From Octopus bimaculoides (taxonomy: Eukaryota): a stretch of DNA of 64,000 nucleotides. The stretch's first letter is position 1. Every line of letters starts with the position of its first letter. The stretch spans positions 186,177,195 to 186,241,194 of the forward strand of contig NC_068982.1 in NCBI RefSeq assembly GCF_001194135.2. The letters are read 5' to 3'. This document shows positions 49,746 to 63,741 of the stretch, one piece after another. The notes below the pieces were generated by a model. It saw nothing but the letters and a program-made list of their open reading frames with translations. It did not search any database and was not told the DNA's origin. The translations under genes and the position numbers were made by a program.

Positions 49746-50066
49746 AAAATAAAGAGAGAGAGAATGTCGAATGTGTATGTATATATATAATATAGAGAGA
49801 ATGGCGAATATGTATGTGTGTGTGTATATATAAAATACAGTGTACATTTAATACACATTAGAGATGCCCATAAAAGGACATCTGACCCGCTAGAAAGAGC
49901 AGCCAAAGCTCTACACCACAAAATTAAGTATAATTTCGAAAAGGAATGAAAAATAAAAACATTTTTCATCTACACACACACCACACACACACAGTCTCTT
50001 TTATGTGTTTGTCTATATATGCGTAAGTAGAGAGAGGATATCATTCTTTGTCCATAGATAATGTGA

Positions 50067-50168
50067 TTGTAAATTCTTCATTCCTACTAAATATGTCTGA
50101 TTATAAATTCTTCATTCCTACTAAACATGTCTGATTGTAAATTCTTCATTCCTAATTAACATGTCTAA
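50067..50168. repeat. 34-bp tandem repeat x3
   Basis: TGATTGTAAATTCTTCATTCCTACTAAATATGTC-like units. Confidence 0.9.
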
Positions 50169-50334
50169 GTTTCTGACATTCCAGCTTCGCTACAATAAAT
50201 GGACAAATGTTGAATAAAATGTTTTTAAAAAAAACCCTATTTGTTGTTTTCTTAATCTAACAAATTTATTTTATCAGGTACAATTAATATTTCCCCATGT
50301 TTTGAACATTATCACAATCTAAAAGATCGTGTGT

Positions 50335-50545
50335 ATATGTCTGTTTCTGCTTGTGTGTGTGTATGTGTCTGTTTCTGCATATGTGTGTGTATGTGTCTGT
50401 TTCTGCATGTGTGTGTGTGTGTGTCTGTTTCTGCTTGTGTGTGTGTATGTGTCTGTTTCTGCATGTGTGTTTGTGTGTGTCTGTTTCTGCATGTGTGTGT
50501 GTATGTGTCTGTTTCTGCATGTGTGTGTGTGTGTGTCTGTTTAGA
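50335..50545. repeat. About 30-bp minisatellite (GTATGTGTCTGTTTCTGCATGTGTGTGT), about 7 units
   Basis: Direct reading. Confidence 0.9.
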
Positions 50546-52838
50546 CACACGTACACACACTGCGTGTTGGAGAGAGTGAGACTTGCCATTTGCAGCTACA
50601 TGTGCAGTGTAACTGCTGCTATGTATTAATGCAGCAAGCAGCTTTTGATAATTTATGCAGCCCTGGAGAACTATTTTCCTCTGCACGGTAGAGTTTGAAT
50701 GCCTGCATATAGACATATCTGTATGTCTGTCTGTGCTGCGATGTGCGACTGAATGTGCATATATTTATATGTATATAATTTTTTACATGTTGGTACACTT
50801 GTGTGTGTGTTTATGTATACGTGTATATGTGTGTCTATAAACATATACATATAAATGTATACGTTTATATAACTTGTTTGTTGTTACATNNNNNNNNNNN
50901 NNNNNNNNNNNNNNNNNNNNNNNNNNNNNNNNNNNNNNNNNNNNNNNNNNNNNNNNNNNNNNNNNNNNNNNNNNNNNNNNNNNNNNNNNNNNNNNNNNNN
51001 NNNNNNNNNNNNNNNNNNNNNNNNNNNNNNNNNNNNNNNNNNNNNNNNNNNNNNNNNNNNNNNNNNNNNNNNNNNNNNNNNNNNNNNNNNNNNNNNNNNN
51101 NNNNNNNNNNNNNNNNNNNNNNNNNNNNNNNNNNNNNNNNNNNNNNNNNNNNNNNNNNNNNNNNNNNNNNNNNNNNNNNNNNNNNNNNNNNNNNNNNNNN
51201 NNNNNNNNNNNNNNNNNNNNNNNNNNNNNNNNNNNNNNNNNNNNNNNNNNNNNNNNNNNNNNNNNNNNNNNNNNNNNNNNNNNNNNNNNNNNNNNNNNNN
51301 NNNNNNNNNNNNNNNNNNNNNNNNNNNNNNNNNNNNNNNNNNNNNNNNNNNNNNNNNNNNNNNNNNNNNNNNNNNNNNNNNNNNNNNNNNNNNNNNNNNN
51401 NNNNNNNNNNNNNNNNNNNNNNNNNNNNNNNNNNNNNNNNNNNNNNNNNNNNNNNNNNNNNNNNNNNNNNNNNNNNNNNNNNNNNNNNNNNNNNNNNNNN
51501 NNNNNNNNNNNNNNNNNNNNNNNNNNNNNNNNNNNNNNNNNNNACGAGGAAGGTAGTCGAGAGATGTGCTAAAAACAAGAGCTAAATCGACCTTAGATCA
51601 CACACACAAAAAAGTTCTTTTTTAATAATTGTATGAATTCCTGTGCGTAGAACACATTCGAAAATAATTTTCTGAGAATACAAAAAAAAATTTTTTTAAA
51701 TAGTTATGGAGGTGTTATATGGGGTGCTTAAACCAGAATTTCGGCGTGTGTACTTCTAGTTATATGTGCGTGCATATGTGTATGTGTCATCGTCATAGTT
51801 TAACGTTCACTTTTCCATGCTGGCATGTGTCGGACGGAATTTGTTGAGGCAGATTTTCTATAACTAGATGCTTTTCCTGTTGTCAACTTTTACATATTTC
51901 CCAGCAAACGATGGTGGTGCCCCCTTACAACCATCGTGTAAAGACAAGGGTACATCACCAACATCGTCATTATTTAACGCCCATTTTCCATGCTTGTATG
52001 GCTGGATGGTTTGACCAGAGTTTGCAAAGCCAGTAAGCCACACCAGGTTCCATTGTCTCTTCTGGCATGGTTTTTATGGTTGAATGCCCTTCCTAATATC
52101 AGTCACTTTACAGAGTGTATCGGGTGCTTTTTTTTATGTGGCACTAACATCAACAGGGTCGTCCAGTAACTAGAAAAACAAAATCCCCCTTCAGCTGGGA
52201 GGAGCTAGTAATAGTGAGGGGTTGACTTTGTGCCATTTGACAAGTGATTAAAGATGCAGAGAGACAGAGATAGGTGTCTTGATGTAGAGTAGATACATGG
52301 ATACTCCGATTAAAAAAGAAGTAGAATAGAGCAAGTGAGTCAAGGGTGTGTATGTATATTATATATATATGTATAGGCGTGGCTGTATGGTAAGAAGCTT
52401 GTTTTCCAACCACATGGTTCCGGGTTCAGTCCTAGAGCAGGGCACCTTGGGCAAGTGTCTTCTACTATAGCCTCAAGCTAACCAAAGCCTTGTGGGTAGA
52501 TTTGGGAGATGGAAACTGAAAGAAGCCTGTCGTATACCTATATATGTATGTATTTGTGTCTGTCCCCACTTCCACAATCACTTGACAACTGATGTTGGTG
52601 TGTTTACCTCCCCATAACTTCGCGGTTCGGCAAAAGAGACTGATAGAATAAGTACTAGGCTTAATAAGTCCTGGGGGGTCGGTTTGCTCGACTAATGGCG
52701 GTGCTCCAGCATGGCCGCAGTCAGATGACTGAAACAAATAAAAGAATTGGTATTTAATTGCTTGTGGTACCGTGTACAAGATGAAAATGTCCTTGGTGTT
52801 TATTTGAAAACAAATTGTTTACTGTTCTTCTGTTACAG

Positions 52839-52887
52839 AGTCCAGATGAGCAGGCCGTTGTGATGTCCATGGCAGCTTTTTCTTTGG
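52839..52887 (+). CDS. Unknown gene exon (SPDEQAVVMSMAAFSL)
   Basis: ttcttctgttacag acceptor, G|gtatgt donor, 49 nt, phase 0 to 1. Confidence 0.55.
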
Positions 52888-54669
52888 GTATGTACAGGAC
52901 TTCCTTTTTGCCGACCCTTTCCTCCCCTCGCCAATTCCTTTCATTGCCTCCATTAGCCCCCTTGAGGCTAAGTTTTTAAACATTAANNNNNNNNNNNNNN
53001 NNNNNNNNNNNNNNNNNNNNNNNNNNNNNNNNNNNNNNNNNNNNNNNNNNNNNNNNNNNNNNNNNNNNNNNNNNNNNNNNNNNNNNNNNNNNNNNNNNNN
53101 NNNNNNNNNNNNNNNNNNNNNNNNNNNNNNNNNNNNNNNNNNNNNNNNNNNNNNNNNNNNNNNNNNNNNNNNNNNNNNNNNNNNNNNNNNNNNNNNNNNN
53201 NNNNNNNNNNNNNNNNNNNNNNNNNNNNNNNNNNNNNNNNNNNNNNNNNNNNNNNNNNNNNNNNNNNNNNNNNNNNNNNNNNNNNNNNNNNNNNNNNNNN
53301 NNNNNNNNNNNNNNNNNNNNNNNNNNNNNNNNNNNNNNNNNNNNNNNNNNNNNNNNNNNNNNNNNNNNNNNNNNNNNNNNNNNNNNNNNNNNNNNNNNNN
53401 NNNNNNNNNNNNNNNNNNNNNNNNNNNNNNNNNNNNNNNNNNNNNNNNNNNNNNNNNNNNNNNNNNNNNNNNNNNNNNNNNNNNNNNNNNNNNNNNNNNN
53501 NNNNNNNNNNNNNNNNNNNNNNNNNNNNNNNNNNNNNNNNNNNNNNNNNNNNNNNNNNNNNNNNNNNNNNNNNNNNNNNNNNNNNNNNNNNNNNNNNNNN
53601 NNNNNNNNNNNNNNNNNNNNNNNNNNNNNNNNNNNNNNNNNNNNNNNNNNNNNNNNNNNNNNNNNNNNTGGGTTGATACCAAAAGGGTTAATATCGTAAA
53701 TTTTGCTGAGTTGACATCTCCACTGAACGTAAGATATGGAACTATTTAGAGACATCATAAGGCATACAACTATTTTATTGCGGTTCGATTAAAACTCTAA
53801 AAACAACGCAATTTTTTTTTTTTTGTATTTATGTTTTTCTCCCATCTTATTTACCATTCTAAATAAAACATAGCTGGCTGTTTGCCTTGTCAAATGATAT
53901 CAACCAATACTGTATTATTATTAATCCTTTATATATATATATATATTAACCAAAATGAAATAGATTGACAAAATTATTTTTTGAACCTGTTGAAGACACA
54001 GATAACACTAGATAACAATGGCACTCTTCTTTTAATTTTGATATCATTATTATTATTATTATTATCTTTATTATTAATAGTAGTCAGACTAGTAGCTGTA
54101 GTATTTTAAATAACTTTTAGTTTGCAAATAGTTGCACCAACTCTAAGTGTTCTGTTCTTTTTCTCTTTTTTTCTCTCATCAATCATGAAAAAGACAGAGA
54201 TGTTATTTTTGTTCTTTGGTCTAATTTAAAGCCAAAGTTGACTCAACTTCTTATCTTTCTGCCAGGATTGATAAAATTAAAACAGCAGTCAAATACGGCC
54301 AGAGTTGATTTGTGGCTTTTTACCAATGCAATAAATCAATAAGTGATTCTCGTGCTGTTTGCTTTGGACATTATGTAAACACTTTTTACAAGTCTAAAAA
54401 TACTTTTGGCTGTAGTAATTCTTCTTCCAATACTCTGATTAAATCAAACTTGACTCGTTACAACTTGTAGAATGAAATCCCTTACTTGGAAAACAGGTTA
54501 AGGAACAGCATCCCTCCATAAATTTCTGCTCCCACACACACACACGCATGTATGGATTAGTGCAGATTACCTGAGACAGAATTTTACAAACAGATGCTCC
54601 TCTTTAACTGTACATTACAAATAATGAAAATAGTGTAGCAAATAGTTTCTATCTTTACTTCTTCTGAGG

Positions 54670-54954
54670 CCAATGAAATAAGGTACTAGTCAATGAAATG
54701 AGGTACTAGCCAATGAAATAAGGTACTAGCCAATGAAATATGGTACTTGTCAATGAAATAAGGTACTAGCCAATGAAATACAGTACTTGTCAAGTCAACG
54801 AAATAAGGTATTAGCCAATGAAATAAGGTATTAGCCAATGAAATAAGGTATTAGCCAATGAAATAAGGTACTAGCCAATGAAATAAGGTACTAGCCAATG
54901 AAATAAGGTACTAGCCAATGAAATAAGGTACTAGTCGATGAACTACGGTACTAG
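54670..54954 (+). repeat. 20-bp minisatellite, about 14 units (CCAATGAAATAAGGTACTAG)
   Basis: Direct reading of the tandem array. Confidence 0.95.
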
Positions 54955-57900
54955 TTCAAATTCTGCCAAGTTAGACTTTGCCTTTCATCCTTTCTGGGTC
55001 AATAAAACAAGTACCAGTTGAGCACTGGGGTTGATGTAATCAGCTTGCCCCTTCCCTTAAAATTGCTGGACTTATGCCAAAATTTGAAATTATTGTTATT
55101 ATTATTAAGTTTAAATACTGCCAAGGTCAAATTGGCTAGCCTTCCTTTCAGGGTCAGAAAATAAAGTACCAGTCGAGTACCGGAATCGGTGTACTCGACT
55201 AACACCCACCCCCTCTTAAAACCTTGTGCCATTAANNNNNNNNNNNNNNNNNNNNNNNNNNNNNNNNNNNNNNNNNNNNNNNNNNNNNNNNNNNNNNNNN
55301 NNNNNNNNNNNNNNNNNNNNNNNNNNNNNNNNNNNNNNNNNNNNNNNNNNNNNNNNNNNNNNNNNNNNNNNNNNNNNNNNNNNNNNNNNNNNNNNNNNNN
55401 NNNNNNNNNNNNNNNNNNNNNNNNNNNNNNNNNNNNCAATAATTTCAAATTTTGGCATTTGGCACAAGTCCAGCAATTATTATTTGAAGCGTTGGATCAT
55501 CAGAACATTGGGAAAAGTGCCTCATGGTATTTGTTTCGTCTCTCTATGTCCTGAGTTTAAATCCCGCCAAGGACAACCTCAAAGTACCAGTCATGTACTG
55601 GGATTGGTAGTCTTAATTAATCTCATAATTTAATTCTGTTTAACAACTTTAAAAAGAAAAACCAAAAACTAATCTTTATTTGAAATAGTCTCTAAAATAA
55701 CAATTAGTATAATTCGTTAACATTTAGGTGCAATTAATTAAAGTAACATCTTTTTCTCACATATGTATTATTCGTTGTCGAGCTACAATTATTCTTGTCT
55801 TAATAACCCTACACTTAAATAATGGCTAATGCATTTAAATTTGTGTGACTATAATATGGCTAACATTATTTAAACAAAATATTGCAGTCCTCTCTCTCTT
55901 TCTCTCTCAATATATATGTACAACTGGGTGAAACTTCTATTTGCTGTTGTACCTTTTGAAATTTGATTATTTCATCAACAAGCAATAATCTTCTGTACAA
56001 AACTGATAAAACTGATAAAAAAATTATTAGATGACGGACACATCAGAATTCCTGTAAAAATGGTTTTACAATTTACTTGCTTTTTTTTCTTTTACTTCCT
56101 TAATAAAACCAGTCTTTTGGGTTTACCATTACACATTCTGTGAAACACAAACATCATAGCTTTTTATATATAACGGTTGCACCAGGTAATGTGGTTTTAA
56201 TTCGATTTGGTAAGGTCTGAAATAAAATTTTATGCGTTTAAGGTTTGTATAGTGAATTTGTGAACTGCGTGTACAACTGAATCTTGTATAATTTTCTATT
56301 TGTATATTTTAAAAAAATATTTTAAAATCATATTAAAAAGAAATGTTTTTGCATATTTTTTTACAACCTTCAATCACGAAATTGGAATTTTTTATAATTT
56401 TTTTTCCCCCACCCAAATTTTGTGTAAAATTTAAAATTTTATTACTGTACTTCCTTTTTTTTTTTCTTCTTACCTTGAAAGAGTCAGTTGTACATATAGT
56501 TACATTTCCACTCGAAATATTGATTATGTTTTCAATGCTGCAGCAGTTACATATCTTTAGGCAAACAAATAAAAAATACAAGACTTTTTTTTTTTACTCT
56601 TTTTTTAACTTTTTTTTTGAAGTTTTTTTCTTATTTATTTTTATCAGTTTTCCTGCTGAAAACTATATTTTTTTCCTAAAACAATTCTAATTATATATAA
56701 AGTGACATGATGAATAAATATCTTGCTATTTATTCCATGGTGATGTGTTTAGTCATTTCAAAAAACACACCAACTGACATATCTGGAATATTATATATAT
56801 ACACATTTAAGTGTGTATAAATATACAGAAATATATTTAAGCTTGTTAGTCATCATCAAATGACTTTTGTGATATGAAGAAAAAAATTCCTGTCAGTAAA
56901 TTTTGAATTATTCCAAAACAAGGAAGCAATTTTAAAAATAATTGTTTTATTGAATACGTCTATCAATGCCATATATTGCTTGGTAGTTAATTTTTGAAAT
57001 TCTTTCAATGAGAATTTAATCTAAAACCATTTCATTTCATTTGTTGCCTGGAGATATAAACCCTGCAGTATAAATTGACTAAAGTTTATGCCTACACTGA
57101 ATAATTACTTCTTCACACCAATGCCATAGACATTAAAGAGTCTTGAGGTGTTAAGATTTAATTAATTTCAGTCTCAATGTATTATAAAGTATTAATTTAT
57201 TTTCCTAGCTTGGAATTTTATTAGTAAATTAGTTCCATAATTTAGCCATTTGAAGTTGTTGTAAAAATGTCTTTCCTACAGATTTTTTCATGTAAAAATC
57301 TAATTTTTTTAATTAAAAATTGAGGACGTGTGACATTGTATATAAATTAAGTCGTTAGTTGTTAAGTTGTATATAATGTTAATTGGTTATTTATAGACAC
57401 TCTGTGCTGAACAATCTCTTGGTAATTATTTCAAATACCTGGTGCAACAAGAAAAAAATATGTTCCAAGTGAAATTCTATAAAAAAAAATATTTCCTCTC
57501 CCCCACTCCCCAACATTTGCTCCCAAATCTTGACCTGCCCAAGGTTGATATATATGTCTACAACCCAAATTGAAAATGTCCTCATTGTTCCATTCTGTTA
57601 AATACATGTATACTATGGTCAATAGTAGTTATAGTATTAGGTGTGAATGATTGCTGTCTGTTGTATATAAAAATACCAGTTCATTTAAATAACAGTGAAA
57701 AATTGTGTGAAAACATTTTCAAAATTTCCTTTTTCTTATTTTTGTAATTTCATTCTATAGTTAAAAAGAGAAAGAAAATTTAAGAAACCAGTTTTACATA
57801 ATTGGGAAAATATATATATATTTGTAAAAATAATGGTTTTATTTTTTTATTTTCTGGAATCCAAATGAACTGCTATTTGAATGACATTGTTTTTTTCTGA

Positions 57901-57971
57901 ATGAATGGATTTTGAATGCAAGATTTAGGTTGTTGACTTCAGTTTTGGTGCTGACATTCAGTTTCTTGCAG

Positions 57972-58062
57972 ATGAGAGGATTTTGGCCAACACCAAGCTG
58001 GTGATCACACTGGCGACGCCACGGCTACTGAAGTTTCCTGGCATATTTGTATCCAACATGAG
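57972..58062 (+). CDS. Unknown gene exon (DERILANTKLVITLATPRLLKFPGIFVSNM)
   Basis: tttcttgcag acceptor and a GC-richer open frame in very AT-rich surroundings. The donor AG|gtgcca is weak, so the 3' boundary is uncertain. Confidence 0.55.
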
Positions 58063-60001
58063 GTGCCAACCTGTAAAATATCATTTCTCCTCCTCCTTCT
58101 ATACCTATCTTGTGTTCAAATTTTATCCTTTCATTAAAATTTTAATATCATATAAGCTATTTTTTTTTTCCATATATATTTTTTTAAATATAGTTTTCAA
58201 ATAAGTTTAACCATTTTTTTCTTGTCATTTACATTTTTTTTCAAACTAAATATACACTTCCTTGATATATAAATATATATAACTCATCAATAAATTTATT
58301 ATAATCCCATTGTTTTATCAAATTTTTCCTGGGATAAATTTTTGAGAGTAGATTTAGAAAAATCCCCATTATCTTGTCAACAAAATTAGTTTCACTAATA
58401 AATAGTATTTTAAGATGAAATTATTATTTCTAAGAATTCAAATCTATAGTAATTTTTTAAGACTAATCTCAGAAGAATCTCTATAACTTGTAAGCAAAAT
58501 TAATGTTTCACTAATAAACAGTATTTTAGGATAAAACTAAATTCTAGGCATCCATGTGATTATTTATAAAATTAATCAGCATACTCCATTGATAATTTTT
58601 AAAGTTACTCCTTATTACATCTTATATAAAATATTTTAAAACCTCATTTGTTTGCTCATAATTTTAATTAATAATAATGACCTTAATTTCCATTATTTAT
58701 GGAATGTTAACTTTACAACATGTCTTTAACAAGGTCATTTGCCACATTCTTCAATGCCTGCCTGTTCCAAATTGTTGACATTTCACTGGGTTTTTTCCAC
58801 TGACCATAGAACTTTAGAAGAATTTTCATCTGGGTCACAGGTGGTGTTCTTAACATTTTCCCAGTGAATTTACTGGTTGTTTGTCAACAGCAATTAATAT
58901 TGGTTGGTCTTTGGTTGTATTGATTGAATAACATTCGCATCAGAAATGAACTTGTGGCATTCTCGCAACAGAATTTTTTTGTCGTTTTGCATAATAAAAG
59001 TAGTAATAAGAAGAAGAAGGAAAAAAAGAACAATGATAATGATGACACTAATAATCCTACTGTAGGCACAAAGCCTGATGTTTTAGGGGGAAGGAGTTAG
59101 TTGATTGCATTGACCCCAGTGGTTAACTGGTACTTATTTCAACTTTAAGTCAAGCTCAGGAGAATTTGAACTCAGAATGTAAAGACAGACAAAATGTCTC
59201 ATCAAAATGCTTAGCACCGCCATTTCATCCATCTTTATATTCTGTATTGAAAATACCATTGAGGTCAACTTGGCCTTTCATTGTTTTGGGGGTCAATGAA
59301 ATAAGTGCCTGTTGAGTACTTGGTCAACATAATCAACTAGAACCCTCCCCAAAAATTTCAAGCCTTATGCCTAGAGTAGAAAAGATTAATATCATTATTA
59401 TTATTGAAGGTGCCAAGCTGCCAGAATCATTAGCATGCAGGGAAAAATGCTTAGCAGTATTTCATCTGGAGCTACGTTCTGAGTTCAAATTCCACCAAGG
59501 TCAACTTTTCCTTCCATCCTTTTAGGGTTGATGAAATCAACTTGACCACTCCCCCAAAATTGCTGCCCTTGTGGCAAAATTTGAAACTATTATTATTATT
59601 ATTGAAGGCGGCGAGCTGCCAGAATCGTTAGCACGCTGGGCAAAATGCTTAGTGGTACTTCATTTATCTTTACGTTCTGAGTTTAAATCCCGCCATGGTC
59701 AAACTTTACCTTTCATCCTTTCAGAATCGATGAATTAAGTACCAGTTGACTACTGGGGTCAATGTCATCTGTTTCTCTCCCCAGAAAATCCAGGCCTTAT
59801 GCCTATAGTAGAAAGGATTATTATTATTATTATCATTAGCTCTACATTAGAACACTACTTCATTCTATTGGATTCAATATGTTTAGTTTGATCGTTAAAT
59901 ACTAACAATTGTCTAAGTGTTATAATTACTGGTAAATATTAATATTTAAAGCTTATGGGTTCACTCTGATTAAAATATGTTGCCAAATAGCTCTTCTGCA
60001 G

Positions 60002-60015
60002 ATCTATTACATCTA
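60002..60015 (+). CDS. Candidate 14-nt microexon (R-SITS-S)
   Basis: ctcttctgcag|ATCTATTACATCTA|gtaagt. Converts phase 2 to phase 1, exactly what is needed to join exon 57972 to exon 63202. Confidence 0.45.
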
Positions 60016-60269
60016 GTAAGTAATAATGTTAGTGGGATTTTTTTTAAGTGGACATAATGGTTGATAATAATAGTAATAAAATAATGATGGTGATGCTAAT
60101 AGTGAAATTAAAACTCATTGTTTTATTTGTTCTGAACTGTTCTTAGAATTTTAGAAAACCTTGACATAATTCCTTAAATTGATAAGTTTATAATTTTTTG
60201 AAATATTTTTTGTTAACATTTAAATTAATCATCTAAAGCAAATCTTGAAATTAGCAATTTGTCTTCCTT

Positions 60270-60322
<53 letters not shown>

Positions 60323-60512
60323 CACACACATACTCTCTCTTTCTCTCATATCTAAGCACCCACCCACCCACACACACATGCACACACATGTAGTATCCAC
60401 AAGCATTGCACATACAGTATTTAGTGGGGCAGTTTATTTTGTTTATTATGAATGTCATGTAATTCAAAGTTGATATTGAATATAAATTTTGTAGTTCTTA
60501 GAACTATTCTTT

Positions 60513-60745
60513 AAGGCGGTGAGCTGGCAGAAATGTTAGCATGCTGGGCGAAATGCTTAGCGGTGTATTTCGTCTGCCGCTATGTTCTAAGTTCAAATTC
60601 CGCCGAGGTCGGCTTTGCCTTTCATCCTTTCAGGGTTGATAAATTAAGTACCAGTTACGCACTGGGGTAGATGTAATCGACTTAATCCCTTTGTCTATCC
60701 TTGTTTGTCCCCTCTAGCCCCTTGTGGGCAATAAAGAAATAAGAA
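60513..60745 (+). mobile_element. Second tRNA-derived SINE family, representative copy. Others at about 22595, 35595, 35830, 40520, 41445, 54955, 59070-59815, 61915
   Basis: AAGGCGGTGAGCTGGCAGAA head, B-box AGTTCAAATTCC, central GACTTTGCCTTTCATCCTTTCGGGGTCGATAAA..AGTACCAG. Confidence 0.85.
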
Positions 60746-62961
60746 TTATTCTTGTCATCATCATCCTTGTCTTAAATTCCACTTTCCCATGCTCACATGG
60801 GTTGAACAGAATTAATTAGGACTGATTTTCTATGGCTGGATAGATACCCTTCCAGTCGCCCGCTCCCCTTGTTTCTAAGCAAAGTAATGTCTTCCATGGC
60901 CAGACATCTTTCCAAGGAAGACTAGCAACGGACACTGCCTATATGACAATGGCTGTCATTTACAACCATCACATGATGTCAAAGCAAGGAAACAGTAACA
61001 CATCCAGGGCAGGCTGTCAGTTTCCATCTACAAAATCCAATCACAAGGCTTTTGGTCAGTTTGGGGCCGTAGTGGAAAACACTTGACCAAGGTGCCATGC
61101 AGTAGCATTGAACCAAAAATCAAATGGTTAGGAAAGCAAACTTGTTAGCCATACAGCCACACTTGCATTCCTCAAATACAATTGCTATGTAAGTAAATCT
61201 GGTATCAAAATCGATGACCAACCAGTGGGAGATAAATCCCAAGATAAGTTCTACGAACATCTATTAGTAATATATATACATATATATACATACATACATT
61301 ATATACATACTTTTATTCTTTAACTTCTTTTGGTCATTTGAGTGCAGCCATGCTGGAGCACCACCTTGAAGGGTTTTAGTTGAACAAATTGATCCTAGGA
61401 CTTGTTTCTTAAGCTTAGTACTTATTTTATCAGTCTTTTTTGCCTAATTACTAAGTTACATGAACATAAACACACCAACAAGGGTTATCAAGCAGTGATG
61501 GGGGAACAAACACACATATACACAACAAGCTTCTTTCAGTTTCCATCTACCAAATCCACTCACAAGGCTTTGGTTGACCCGAGACTATAGTAGAAGACAC
61601 TTGCCCAAGGTGTCATGCAGTGGGACTGAACCTGGAGCCATGGGGTTGGTAAGCAAGCTCCTTACCACACGGCTATGCCAGATGCATATTTATAACTAAA
61701 CTGTTACAGTCAACAGCTATTCGTTACAGTTTAAAGGTTTTGATTTGTAAAACCAATGGAAACAGAACTAATAATACTCTTGTTACCAGTTTCTGTACCT
61801 CTGGGCCAATGTTCATGAATGGTGGAAGACAAAAGACTGCTTTGGTACCAGAATTGCAGGTGCTGGCACCATCACTCTGCCAGCATCAGCATTCTATCCT
61901 TTGAAGAGGAGAGGTTCTACCGAGGTTGACTTTGCCTTTCATCCTTTCGGGGGTCAATAGATTATGTACCAGTTGCATACTGGGGCAGTCTAATTGACTG
62001 GCCCCCTCCCCCAAAATTTCGGGCTTTGTGCCTAGAAAAGAAAAAAAAACAGAGGAGAAGTTGGTAAAAAATGCCAAACTCAATTCGGTATTCATGCCTT
62101 TCCTCACCTATATTCAATGAATGTTGGCTAATGACCAAAATGGAATAATATTACTCAACAAGTTGTACCTCAGAGATCTGGGCTCTCTCTTTAGGTTGAG
62201 CTACTACTTCCGCTGCATTGAGACGTCACAAGCTCCAGTACTACGGACATACGATAGCTGTTATAAGGAAGAATTGCAAACCGAATTCTTCAAGCTAACC
62301 CAACTGGCAGAAGACCAAAGGAGTAAACTAAGGACAAGAGGGTTGATTAATATCCAAGTCTCGTTTGGTCACACTGAATCATCATCAACGTCCGCTTTTC
62401 CATGCTGGCATGGGTTGAGCGGTTTGACTTAGAACTGGCAAGCCAGGAGGCTGCACCAGGCTCCAATCTGATGTGGCAAGGTTTCTACAGCTGGATGCCC
62501 TTCCTAACGCCAACCACTCTGAGAGTGTAGTGGGTGCTTTTTACGTGCCACCAGCAGGGGAGACAGTCGGGTGGGACTGTGTGTGTGTGTATATATATAT
62601 ATATATGCATGCATGTGTATGTATGCATATGTATGTGCATTTTTCTATTTGTGCCCCACCACCACTTAACAGATTTTAAGACATAAATATTGGGATCAAT
62701 CTGTTTGGCTACAACTTTTCAAGGCAGTGCCCCAGCCTGGCCGTAGTTCACTAACTGAAACAAAAAACAGATGCAAGATATACAAACCCAGTCTGAAAGT
62801 CTAAGCTTTCTGGATAGTGTCTGCCTTTACTTAAATACATTTATGTATCTTCATAATAGATCTATGTATGTGTAAATACCTACACACATTGCCATTGTAT
62901 GTAAGATCGCGTGCACACACACACACACGTTATATAGATATAACTTTTATACATATATCAA

Positions 62962-63013
<52 letters not shown>

Positions 63014-63201
63014 ACACACAAATTGAATATTCTTGACTTTGCTAATTTCATTTTTGCAACATGCTCTCTGCCCCTATATATATATACACACACAAACATT
63101 TTCTTCAAAAAACTATTGTTACTATTTCTCACATGTTTGTTGTTTCTTTTTTTTTTTTTTCTTGAATAGATTTTTTGATCTTGTGTATTCTTATCTTTTA
63201 G

Positions 63202-63285
63202 GTGCCAGTGGTGGCCTTGGGTTCTATGCTCTAGTAGGCAGAAGATTCCCTAGTCTCTTAAGACATGGTTTAGGTATACCACTTG
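63202..63285 (+). CDS. Unknown gene exon (ASGGLGFYALVGRRFPSLLRHGLGIPL)
   Basis: atcttttag acceptor, G|gtaagt donor, 84 nt, phase 1 to 1. Confidence 0.7.
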
Positions 63286-63741
63286 GTAAGTAGACTCTTG
63301 CTCCAAACCATTTCTTTCTAATTTAGATCATTTTAACCCTTTTGTTACCATATTCCTGTTGAAATACACTGCTTTCGTCATCATCGTTTAACATCCGTTT
63401 TCCATGCTGGCATGGGTTGGACGATTTGATTGAGGCCTGGAGAGCCAGTGGCTGCTCTAGGATATAATTTGATCTGGCAATGTTTCTACAGCTGTAGTAG
63501 AAGACGCTTGCCCAAGGTGCTTTGCAGTGGCACTGAACCCGGAACCAGGTGGTTGGTAAGCAAGCTACTTACCACACAGCCACTCTTAATATATAATTTC
63601 AAAAATTAATCCAACATGCAACAAGTTAGACACCTTGTTTTAGTGATATTAACCTCCTGTTTAGCTTATTGTTTTCTGTATTTTATTTCAAATAAAATTG
63701 GAGTTGTTAATTAATATTTTGTTTTTATTTTTTTCCTTCAG

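Noticed and set aside
54670-54954. CRISPR-like array
   Set aside because: Units are contiguous with no unique spacers, and the context is eukaryotic.
58049-58057. GTATCCAAC as a U12-type donor
   Set aside because: Lacks the +7/+8 TT of the U12 consensus and no U12 branch site was seen at downstream acceptors.
58725-58870. Alternative phase-bridging exon (SFATFFNACLFQIVDISL) or a 48-aa minus-strand ORF
   Set aside because: Requires a GTTTTT donor, and the minus ORF has no supporting signals. Kept only as a fallback to the microexon model.
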